A DNA stretch of 64,000 nucleotides from an uncultured Oscillospiraceae bacterium (GTDB lineage: Bacteria > Bacillota > Clostridia > Oscillospirales > Ruminococcaceae): assembly GCA_964369635.1 (NCBI GenBank), contig CAYJGN010000001.1:8847-72846 (forward strand), written 5' to 3'. Below are positions 38,578-47,257 of the stretch, piece by piece. The translations under genes and the position numbers were made by a program. Below the pieces are notes generated by a model, which ran no database searches, was not told the origin of the DNA, and worked only from the letters and a program-made list of their open reading frames with translations. Within the stretch, counting starts at the first letter, position 1; each line of letters starts with the position of its first letter.

Positions 38578-38781
38578 AATTATTACTCCTCACATAGAAA
38601 TAAAACAATAGCTAAAGAAAATCACCATATAATAGTTATGAACTGCAAAACCACTCAAGGTAGATCACTTTAGATTTTTTTTGCACTCTGCAAAAAAAAT
38701 ATTGTTTTATAATAATATGAAATCTATGCCGATACCGATTGGTATCGGCAAAATGATTTCAAAAAATATTTGATAAATTAG

Positions 38782-39939
38782 TTATCTTGCGTCAGGATTG
38801 TCTCTGTACTCAGCAAACTCATCATAATCTGCAAAGTCAAAGTAGCTCTTAACGTCGATCTCACCGTCGATGATCATCTGGATAACTTTATCCATCTCAG
38901 CCTGAACATCTTCTGGTGTATTTGCATAGTAGTTGTCATTCATTGATAGACCAACACCATCATCTGCAAGACCAACTACATAGTTGCCCCACTCAAGTGA
39001 ACCGTCTGCTAAACCATTGAAAGCCCAAAGGATTGAATCTTCGATTTTCTTCTCCATTGATGTTACAACGTTGTTGTAACCTTCAACAACTGTGCCTTCT
39101 TCTTCAGCTGCTGCGTATATTGTCCACTGGTCCATATCAACACCGATTACATAGTAACCTTCAGCGATACCACCGCGCTCTTCAGCCGCCTGAGCAGCAC
39201 CAAGAGTTGTTGAACCTGAAATGTTGTAGAAAACGTCAACGCCGCTGTCGAAGTATACGTTAGCTGACTCGTAAGCATTCTGTATAGCTATTGTGCCATA
39301 GTAGCTTATCTGATAGATAACATCTTCGCCATAAGTATCATTGTACCATTTAACGCCGTGTAGGTAACCTGACATAAAGTCATTTATGATAGGTGAGTCA
39401 GAGTTTCCAACTGTTCCTATTTTGCCAGTCTCAGTCATAAGAGCTGAGTATACAGCTGTTATAAATGATCCTTCATTCTGACCATAAGCAATACCTGTAA
39501 CATTGTCATAGCTTAACTCAAGAGATGGGTTTGTGTCGTAAACGATGAAGTTGATGTCAGCGTACGCGCCACCATCAAGAGCCTCCATTAGTGAATCAAG
39601 AATATACCAGCTTGAAACAACACACCACTTGTATCCGCCTGTATCAAGTGCATCGAATAGAGTTGTAACAGCAGTAGAAGTATCTGTACCGTACTCAACT
39701 GGAGTTAGGTCAAAGCCTTCTTGCTCAGCGATTAGAGTTGCGCCCTCAAAACCGAGATCGTTGAATCCCATGTCGCCTCGAGTACCTGCGAAGAATAGCA
39801 TTTTTGTCTGCTCGCCACCAGCGTCTCCGCCGCCCTCTGAACTACTGCCATTGCCTTCTGAAGCATCCCCACTGCCGCCACAAGCTGCAAGTGTTAATGC
39901 AAGTACTAAAATTAAAATTAGTGATAGAATTTTTTTCAT
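38782..39939 (-). CDS. BMP-family ABC substrate-binding lipoprotein, paralog 2
   Basis: True start is MKKILSLILILVLALTLAAC at 39939 (AAGGAG RBS). The ORF-track extension to 40044 has no support. Confidence 0.85.
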   Translation of the reverse strand: MKKILSLILILVLALTLAACGGSGDASEGNGSSSEGGGDAGGEQTKMLFFAGTRGDMGFNDLGFEGATLIAEQEGFDLTPVEYGTDTSTAVTTLFDALDTGGYKWCVVSSWYILDSLMEALDGGAYADINFIVYDTNPSLELSYDNVTGIAYGQNEGSFITAVYSALMTETGKIGTVGNSDSPIINDFMSGYLHGVKWYNDTYGEDVIYQISYYGTIAIQNAYESANVYFDSGVDVFYNISGSTTLGAAQAAEERGGIAEGYYVIGVDMDQWTIYAAAEEEGTVVEGYNNVVTSMEKKIEDSILWAFNGLADGSLEWGNYVVGLADDGVGLSMNDNYYANTPEDVQAEMDKVIQMIIDGEIDVKSYFDFADYDEFAEYRDNPDAR

Positions 39940-40137
39940 TATAATCTCCTTACATGTAAAACAAACAATATAAAAAGTAAAGCACCTAATTACTGTAATT
40001 ATCTGCAAATAATACAAGGCATTCCACTTTAAATTTTTTTGCACTCTGCAAAAAAAATTGTTCTCAATAATATGAAATCGATGCCGGAACCGATTGGTAC
40101 CGGCAAAACGATCTCTAAAAATATTTGATAAAATTAA

Positions 40138-41304
40138 TTATCTTGCGTCAGGATTGTCTCTGTACTCAGCAAACTCATCATAATCTGCAAAGTCAAAGTA
40201 GCTCTTAACGTCGATCTCACCGTCGATGATCATCTGGATAACTTTATCCATCTCAGCTTGAACATCTTCTGGTGTGTTTGCTAGATAGTTGTCGTTCATA
40301 GCTAGACCAACACCATCATCTGCAAGACCAACTACATAGTTGCCCCAATCAAGTGACTCGTCTTTTAGACCATTGAAAGCCCAAAGGATTGAATCTTCGA
40401 TTTTCTTCTGCATTGATGTTACAACGTTATTGTAACCTTCAACAACTGTGCCTTCTTCTTCAGCTGCTGCGTATATTTTCCACTGGTCCATATCAACACC
40501 GATTACATAGTAACCTTCAGCGATACCGCCGCGCTCTTCAGCCGCCTGAGCAGCACCAAGAGTTGTTGAACCTGAAATGTTATAGAAAACGTCAACGCCG
40601 CTGTCGAAGTATACGTTAGCTGACTCATAAGCATTCTGTATAGCTATTGTGCCATAGTAGCTTATCTGATAGATAACATCTTCGCCATAAGTATCATTGT
40701 ACCATTTAACGCCGTGTAGGTAACCTGACATAAAGTCATTTATGATAGGTGAGTCAGAGTTTCCAACTGTTCCTATTTTGCCAGTCTCAGTCATAAGAGC
40801 TGAGTATACAGCTGTTATAAATGATCCTTCGTTCTGACCATAAGCAATACCGATCATATTGTCATAGCTTAGCTCAAGAGTTGGGTTTGTGTCGTAAATG
40901 ATGAAGTTGATGTCAGCGTACGCGCCACCATCAATAGCTTCCATTAGCGAGTCAAGTGTGTACCAGCTTGATAAAACAGCCCAGTCATATCCACCTGTAT
41001 CAAGAGCATCGAATAGTGATGTAACAGCAACTGAACTGTCTGCACCATACTCAACTGTTGTTAGGTCAAAGCCTTCTTGCTCAGCGATTAGGTTTGCACC
41101 TTCCCAACCGAGATCAGCAAATCCCATATCACCACGGTTACTTGTGAAGAACAGCATTTTTGTCTGCTCGTCACCAGCGTCTCCGCCGCCCTCTGAGCTT
41201 GAACCACCTTCATCGCCGCCGCTTGAAGCGTCGCCGCCGCCGCCACAAGCTGCTAATGCAAAAGCAAGTGACAATACTAATAATAGCGCTAAGATTTTTT
41301 TCAT
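40138..41304 (-). CDS. BMP-family ABC substrate-binding lipoprotein, paralog 3
   Basis: Lipobox FALAAC. A central block of about 135 aa is identical to paralog 2. Confidence 0.85.
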   Translation of the reverse strand: MKKILALLLVLSLAFALAACGGGGDASSGGDEGGSSSEGGGDAGDEQTKMLFFTSNRGDMGFADLGWEGANLIAEQEGFDLTTVEYGADSSVAVTSLFDALDTGGYDWAVLSSWYTLDSLMEAIDGGAYADINFIIYDTNPTLELSYDNMIGIAYGQNEGSFITAVYSALMTETGKIGTVGNSDSPIINDFMSGYLHGVKWYNDTYGEDVIYQISYYGTIAIQNAYESANVYFDSGVDVFYNISGSTTLGAAQAAEERGGIAEGYYVIGVDMDQWKIYAAAEEEGTVVEGYNNVVTSMQKKIEDSILWAFNGLKDESLDWGNYVVGLADDGVGLAMNDNYLANTPEDVQAEMDKVIQMIIDGEIDVKSYFDFADYDEFAEYRDNPDAR

Positions 41305-41370
41305 TTGTTTTCCTCCTTTATTTTTTTATTATTACAGCATAATGCTGCAATTAACTAAATTTAATTGAGC

Positions 41371-42519
41371 TTAATATAGCTCGACATTGCTTGACCCTAT
41401 AGTCATAGCTTCTGGTGTGATAAATGTATCTTCACGTCTTCTAAAGAATGGCTCACCTATATGGATTGAGTGGTATGAAGCAGCCAATGATGCAGGTAGG
41501 TAATCATATAGATATCGAATAAACTCATATCCAGCAACGTTATCAGGTAGCTTTATAAACTTACAAGTTTCAGTTGTATAGTCCGAAAGTTCTCCGTTTG
41601 CAATTAGAACAACTTCTCTTCCCTCTTTTATAGTTTGGGTGAGTGTTTCTGATACCCTTGATTTATTAGCAGCATCCTTATCAGCTAAAATGAAGGTTGC
41701 TATTGAATTTCTCTCAAAGATGAATGTATTAACGTGGCAGTAGTTCTCACTGTCTATAACAGTACATTTAACGCCTGCAACTTCGATATACTTCGCTGCA
41801 ATAAATTCACCAGTTCTAAACATCGAGCCATCGCCTATAACTTCAAATCTCTTAAAGTCTTTAAAGCTCTCTGCTATTTCAAATGCATTATCATCAAAAT
41901 AGTTCATCATATCGCCGTATGCTTTATTATATTTTGAAAGTGCATCTTCGAATTTATCAAAAGCTTCATCAGTTGCAACGCCTTTTATTTTCGCTATATG
42001 CATTGCAAGAGCGTAAAGTCCGATTAGTGAACCATAATATGAACGAAGTCCAGGTGATCTATCTGGATGCTCTGGAGTTCCAACAACAAGTGTACAACTT
42101 GAAGCTTTTGCAGCTCTTGATTCTCCATTATTTGTTAGTGCCATTGCATGACAACCATGTTTTTTAGCTCTTAAAAGTGTTTCCTCAATTCTTGCAGGAC
42201 CACCTGAAGCTGAAACTGCAACTACAAGTGTTTTATCTCCGTTATCAAGATTTACAAGTCTTGATGCTTCGATGCATTTAACTGCTCTTGTTTTACAGTT
42301 AGTTCCTTTTAGATAGTGGTTGAAAACTTCAACAGCTATTTCAGCAGCTATATATGAATCTCCACAACCTGTTAGTATAATCTCAGTTAGGCCTTTTGCC
42401 GCCTCAACTGGTATACTATCCGCAAGATTTGCTTTTGTATTTTTAAACTGCACTTCACCGAGAACCGGTATGTCAATGCATTGACCTTTTAGTGCATTAT
42501 CAAATGCTTTTCTGTCCAT
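41371..42519 (-). CDS. SIS-domain sugar-phosphate isomerase/deglycase-like protein
   Basis: LTGCGDSYIAA and VSASGGPARIEET motifs. Two SIS halves, similar in length to FrlB, AgaS and the GlmS C-terminus. Confidence 0.7.
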   Translation of the reverse strand: MDRKAFDNALKGQCIDIPVLGEVQFKNTKANLADSIPVEAAKGLTEIILTGCGDSYIAAEIAVEVFNHYLKGTNCKTRAVKCIEASRLVNLDNGDKTLVVAVSASGGPARIEETLLRAKKHGCHAMALTNNGESRAAKASSCTLVVGTPEHPDRSPGLRSYYGSLIGLYALAMHIAKIKGVATDEAFDKFEDALSKYNKAYGDMMNYFDDNAFEIAESFKDFKRFEVIGDGSMFRTGEFIAAKYIEVAGVKCTVIDSENYCHVNTFIFERNSIATFILADKDAANKSRVSETLTQTIKEGREVVLIANGELSDYTTETCKFIKLPDNVAGYEFIRYLYDYLPASLAASYHSIHIGEPFFRRREDTFITPEAMTIGSSNVELY

Positions 42520-42531
42520 CTTTACCCCCTC

Positions 42532-43716
42532 CTACTTCACTACTACAACTTCACTGCTACCTGTGGTGCCGTGAGAAAATGTTCCTTTGGCTTTAGCTTT
42601 CTCTGTATCAAAACTTCTTTTTTCAAAATCATATGAACCAAAGAAATCTTTTCCACCGTGATAAGCTTGATAGCCTGCTATTAGTGAACCAGGGATAAAA
42701 TCAACTGTTGAAAGTGCAAACGCATTATCTGCACCAGTGTCTGGAAGTTTGAAGAACTCTATACCATCTATAAAGTCACTCTTCTCACCGTTTGAAACAA
42801 CAACTGTTGGTCTTCCGATAAGTTTTGCCGACATAACTGTCTCAACAACTCTTGAATAGTTATTCTTATATTTATTTGCTATAACAACAACAGGAATTTC
42901 TGTTGGGTTGTTTACAAATACATTTATGTGACACCAGTCTTCTGAGTCTACATGCGAAGCCACAACGCCACCACACTCGATAAACTTCTCTTCAACAAAC
43001 TGCGCTGAGAAGAACTCACTGCCATCACCGACAACCTCAAACTCTGTGAAATCTTTAAATCTTTCACCGATAGTTGATGCAAGTTTGTCTGCCTCACAAA
43101 GGCTTCCCTCGTAAGCCGACATCATCTCTTCCATCTGCTTGCCGCATTTTAAAAACTCTGAAACATCTTTCCCTGCTTTTAAGTTTCCTATGTAACTGCC
43201 AAGTGCTGTAACACCAAGCATACTTGCATAGTATGAGCGAAGTCCCGGAGTATCGCATAGAGGAGGTGTTTCCATAATAAATAGTTTCTTTGCAACTGAA
43301 GCCGCTTTCGACTCCGATTTATTCGAAACAAGAACTGTTTGGACACCTATCTCTTGAAATTTCGTTACCATCTCAACTATTCTCGAAGCACCACCACCGG
43401 CACTAACAACAATAGCAAGGGTATTTTCAGGTTTATCTATTATTACATCTTCAGTAGTTAGAAATCTTGATGCATCCATAGGGTCGTACGCTTTAACATC
43501 AATACCATATAGATCTGATATTATATATGAAGCAACTGAACCCGCTGAATAAGAATCTCCACACCCTGATATTATTATCTTATCTATTTTTGAGAGTTCT
43601 TCTTTTGAAAAGATTGATAAAATCTTCTCCTCATTAAACACGCTTTTTACTTGAATCTTTGATAACTCTGGCAAACTTAGCACCTGCAAGCTTACCGAAT
43701 TGTTCACTTCCTGCAT
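42532..43716 (-). CDS. SIS-domain sugar-phosphate isomerase/deglycase-like protein (paralog)
   Basis: ISGCGDSYSAG and VSAGGGASRIVEM motifs. Same architecture as the neighbouring gene. Confidence 0.7.
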   Translation of the reverse strand: MQEVNNSVSLQVLSLPELSKIQVKSVFNEEKILSIFSKEELSKIDKIIISGCGDSYSAGSVASYIISDLYGIDVKAYDPMDASRFLTTEDVIIDKPENTLAIVVSAGGGASRIVEMVTKFQEIGVQTVLVSNKSESKAASVAKKLFIMETPPLCDTPGLRSYYASMLGVTALGSYIGNLKAGKDVSEFLKCGKQMEEMMSAYEGSLCEADKLASTIGERFKDFTEFEVVGDGSEFFSAQFVEEKFIECGGVVASHVDSEDWCHINVFVNNPTEIPVVVIANKYKNNYSRVVETVMSAKLIGRPTVVVSNGEKSDFIDGIEFFKLPDTGADNAFALSTVDFIPGSLIAGYQAYHGGKDFFGSYDFEKRSFDTEKAKAKGTFSHGTTGSSEVVVVK

Positions 43717-43830
43717 TTTTACCTCCTAAAATATCTTTATGTTAACTAAAATATTACTATATATTATTAAATAAATCTTTAAATAATGTTCGAAACTGAT
43801 AAAAAGGTGGTAATTTGAAACATTTTATTC

Positions 43831-43846
43831 ACTTGTAGATACAAGT
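43831..43846. promoter_or_regulatory. candidate GntR/HutC operator palindrome
   Basis: ACTTGTA-GA-TACAAGT is a perfect 7-2-7 palindrome in the divergent intergenic region. A half-site ACTTGTA recurs at 44027-44033 and overlaps the -35 (TTGTAT) of a 17-nt-spaced TATAAT (44052-44057) in front of the regulator gene. Confidence 0.45.
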
Positions 43847-44102
43847 TTTATTAATTCTAACATTTAAATTATGAATTGTCTATTAACAATCTGCAAGGAA
43901 TTCGAGTTACTTATTTATACAAAATGCCCAAAATAACTATTTTGACAAACGTTTTATGCAATTAAAAATAACACATTTACACAACTGTTAATAATTTATT
44001 AACTTTTAGCAGTAACTAAACTTTCCACTTGTATCTTTAATTATTTGACATTATAATAGTAAGTAACAATTAATTTATAAAAATACATTTAGGAACTTAT
44101 TT

Positions 44103-44849
44103 ATGTACAATAATACAATAGAAAACGACACACTCGCAAGATATCAGGAAATTTCTTCAGATCTTATAAGCAAAATTCGTGGCAATGAATTTCCCGAAGG
44201 TAGTTTACTCCCAAGTGAGAACTTTCTTATTAATGTTTATAACACAAGTAGAACTACTATACGCAGAGCTCTTGATGTGCTCGATAGAGATGGTTATATA
44301 ATGAAGAAACAAGGAAAGGGCTCTATCGTCCTTCCGCTTAAACATAAAAAATTTAGCCATATCCCAGTAACTGGTGTTTTAGGGGGCCTTGAGGATAGCG
44401 ATTTCGGGACAAAAGAATATAATCGAATATTTTTAAGCAACACTCTTGTGCCAGCGCCAATAAACGTTGCTAACAGATTTAACATAGCCGAAGGTGCTCC
44501 CATCCTTTGCTACGATAGAATATATACCATAAACGGCCTGCCATACATATATTCAAAGAGTTATATTAATAATCATTTTTTTAAAGGAATCGAAAAGTTT
44601 GATTTTAATAAGTTTTCATTGTCGTCTGCAATATTTTCATATGGACTTCATCTTGTTATCGTCAACCGCAAGTTCAGTGCTACAAATGCAGGAGAGGTCG
44701 CAAATCATCTTAATGTTTGTGAGTCTAATCCCATTTTGCATGAACGCTATGAATGTCTCGCATCAACTCATAAAAATGATGTTATCGTTGAAATAGCTTC
44801 TTCTTATTATAATACCAACCTTCGGTCAGTTCCTGTTTTCATAAAATAA
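44103..44849 (+). CDS. GntR-family (HutC/UTRA-type) transcriptional regulator
   Basis: N-terminal wHTH (LPSENFLINVYNTSRTTIRRALDVLDRDGYIMKKQGKGSIV) plus a C-terminal UTRA-length domain. Confidence 0.85.
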   Translation: MYNNTIENDTLARYQEISSDLISKIRGNEFPEGSLLPSENFLINVYNTSRTTIRRALDVLDRDGYIMKKQGKGSIVLPLKHKKFSHIPVTGVLGGLEDSDFGTKEYNRIFLSNTLVPAPINVANRFNIAEGAPILCYDRIYTINGLPYIYSKSYINNHFFKGIEKFDFNKFSLSSAIFSYGLHLVIVNRKFSATNAGEVANHLNVCESNPILHERYECLASTHKNDVIVEIASSYYNTNLRSVPVFIK

Positions 44850-44866
44850 TTTGGAGGTAAACATAA

Positions 44867-45817
44867 ATGAAAGTTTTATTATTCTCAGACTTTACCGGTG
44901 TCCAGGTAAAAAAAATCGAAGAACTCGGGTATACCGTCTATCCGCTTCGTGAAAATGATCTAAAGGACCACCCTCTTCGCGATGATTATACCGACTGCGA
45001 TGTTATGGTATGCTATAATCCATTCCCTAACATAAATCTTGATAAATTTAACGATCTTCGTTTCATTCAACTTTTAAGCGTTGGATTTAATCATCTGCCT
45101 ACCAGCAAGATAGAAGAGATGGGTCTTATTGTCTCTCATAATGTTGGACAGACTAAATTTCAGATTAGCGAATGGGTTATGACATTTATTTTAAACATCT
45201 GCAAAAACACAAAATACTTCCTTGCAAATCAAGCATCTCACTCATGGAAGCATTACTATGACATATGGGAACTTGAGGGCAAAAACGTTACCTTCCTCGG
45301 CGGCGGCAATATAGCTTGCGAAACAGCGAAGAAACTCAAAGCATTTGGTGCAAACACCTTATCATTAAACCTATTCACCGACCCTCTTCCATATATGGAT
45401 AAAGTTGTTCATATTGATGAGATTGATAGCATTTTACCTGATAGTGATATAATCATATCAGCGCTCCCGGCAACAGATGAAACCTATCATCTAATTAACA
45501 GCGAAAAAATAGCAAAGATGAAAGATGGTTGTATTTTTGTAAATATAAGCAGAGGAAGCGTTGTAAATGAAAGCGACTTGTCAGATGCGCTAAAAGCTGG
45601 TAAATTCAGAGGAGTTGGCCTTGATGTATTTGAAACAGAGCCACTACCCCAAGATAGTCCGCTTTGGGATACAGAAAACGTCTATATAACTCCGCACAAC
45701 GCGATTTTCTCAGATCTCTATCAGGAGAGAATTTTCAATATGGTATATGATAACTTAAAGCTCTATATCGAAGGTCATAAAGTTGAGAACATTGTCGATT
45801 TTAAAAGAGGATATTAA
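44867..45817 (+). CDS. D-isomer-specific 2-hydroxyacid dehydrogenase family protein
   Basis: NAD-binding loop FLGGGNIACETAKK, plus ISRGSVVNESDL...GLDVFETEPLP...ITPH. Confidence 0.8.
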   Translation: MKVLLFSDFTGVQVKKIEELGYTVYPLRENDLKDHPLRDDYTDCDVMVCYNPFPNINLDKFNDLRFIQLLSVGFNHLPTSKIEEMGLIVSHNVGQTKFQISEWVMTFILNICKNTKYFLANQASHSWKHYYDIWELEGKNVTFLGGGNIACETAKKLKAFGANTLSLNLFTDPLPYMDKVVHIDEIDSILPDSDIIISALPATDETYHLINSEKIAKMKDGCIFVNISRGSVVNESDLSDALKAGKFRGVGLDVFETEPLPQDSPLWDTENVYITPHNAIFSDLYQERIFNMVYDNLKLYIEGHKVENIVDFKRGY

Positions 45818-45825
45818 GTCAAATA

Positions 45826-45856
45826 AAAAAGATGTGCTATGCACATCTTTTTTTAT
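45826..45856. terminator. bidirectional terminator between convergent genes
   Basis: AGATGTGC / GCACATCT stem flanked by A6 and T7. Confidence 0.65.
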
Positions 45857-45966
45857 TTGCAATAGATAAACTCTATTTATAAAACATATAAATCAGCTAA
45901 ACCATTCCCTTTTTTGTTCACTAATTATTTTGAATAATATAGATTAAACCGCTAAATGTAAAGCAC

Positions 45967-47244
45967 TTAGACTTTAGATACCTTCGGTATAACAGTTCCT
46001 GCATTTTCAACCACAAAAACGCTTTTTCCTTCAAAATCAACTGTTTTTAAAATTTCCAGAGCATCGGTATACACTTCTATTCCCATAGCTTTCGCATCAT
46101 CTTTATCGAGCGTTGAGAGAAGGATAATCCTATATCTCTTTGCTTGTTCGCAGTTTAGATAAAATATGTAACCTGGAATGGTGAAGTTCTCCCTCAGTTC
46201 TTTATCCAAAACTCCCTTTTCAAGCGGCTTTAACCAATCGAAATAATCAGGTGGCCCTCCCCCATCGGGGCATTCGGTTACGAGGATTAACGTTCCTCCA
46301 AGTTTCAGTCCACTCTCTAAGTTATCAATGCTCTTACTCCCTTGGTATAATGATATATCTTTTGGAAATCCACCGCAAGAAGCAATAATTATATCAGCTT
46401 TCTCTTCAATCATAACCTCGTAGCAGCTTTGAGCCTGCATACACCCTTTATGCCAAGCTTTTTCAAAATGGCCTGAAAAAATATGCGATAGTTTCATATC
46501 TGGGTTCATAACAAGGTTTACCGTATAAAGATGCTCTATCGCCTCTGCCGCCTCCATCATATCGAGATGCAACGGATTGTTAAGGAGTTTTGCATTGCCA
46601 ATCAGCGGATTTGATTGCTCCTTTATTGGGTCGAGCGAATGAGCATGATTTTGCTTTATAGCCTCCATCGAAGCAACGCCCGGTAAAATACTCTTGCGAC
46701 CGCCGCCAAACCCCGCCATAACATGCTGCGTGCAAGCTCCAATAGCGACTACTTTTCTTGACGCAACCTCTTTGTTTATCCGAAGAACTGTCCCACGAGA
46801 GGTTGTGCATATGTATGTTAAATCCGAGTCGTTGCAGTCATGGTAGATAACCTCTATATTACTCGCAACCTCTTCAGTTAGAAGTGTTTTGGTATCTTCA
46901 TCACTACCAGCTTCGTGAGTCCCTGTTGATATAACTATAACCATATCGCTATACGGAATTTTGCAAACATCTCGAAGATAGGAAACAACATGCGGCACAA
47001 CGAGGTCTTGTCTCATCCAAAACCTTGTCATATCTGATACGATAATCGCTATTTTATCCCCTTTTTTTGCCCACTTCGCAAGTGGAGGCAGACCTATTGG
47101 ATTATTTAGCGAACCAAAAGTAGCAGCTCTTATATCATCTATTGCAGCAGTTTCTTTTCCTGAAAGCTCTGCTAAAACAAGTGAGCTTTCAATTGGAAAG
47201 TTAATATAACTTTTCCCATACTTTAGCTTATAGTTTTTTATCAT
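45967..47244 (-). CDS. LarA-family (nickel-pincer dependent) 2-hydroxyacid racemase/epimerase-like protein
   Basis: Start at MIKNYKLKYG (47244, GGAGGA RBS). DUF2088-type N-terminus, and GFGGGRKSILPGV containing the Lys that tethers the NPN cofactor in LarA (from memory). Confidence 0.65.
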   Translation of the reverse strand: MIKNYKLKYGKSYINFPIESSLVLAELSGKETAAIDDIRAATFGSLNNPIGLPPLAKWAKKGDKIAIIVSDMTRFWMRQDLVVPHVVSYLRDVCKIPYSDMVIVISTGTHEAGSDEDTKTLLTEEVASNIEVIYHDCNDSDLTYICTTSRGTVLRINKEVASRKVVAIGACTQHVMAGFGGGRKSILPGVASMEAIKQNHAHSLDPIKEQSNPLIGNAKLLNNPLHLDMMEAAEAIEHLYTVNLVMNPDMKLSHIFSGHFEKAWHKGCMQAQSCYEVMIEEKADIIIASCGGFPKDISLYQGSKSIDNLESGLKLGGTLILVTECPDGGGPPDYFDWLKPLEKGVLDKELRENFTIPGYIFYLNCEQAKRYRIILLSTLDKDDAKAMGIEVYTDALEILKTVDFEGKSVFVVENAGTVIPKVSKV

Positions 47245-47257
47245 GCTTGTCCTCCAA

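Noticed and set aside
39940-40044. 35-aa N-terminal extension of binding-protein paralog 2 (MQKNLKWNALYY...)
   Set aside because: The lipoprotein signal peptide starts at MKKIL (39939) with a good RBS, exactly as in paralogs 1 and 3. The extension falls in duplicated intergenic DNA.
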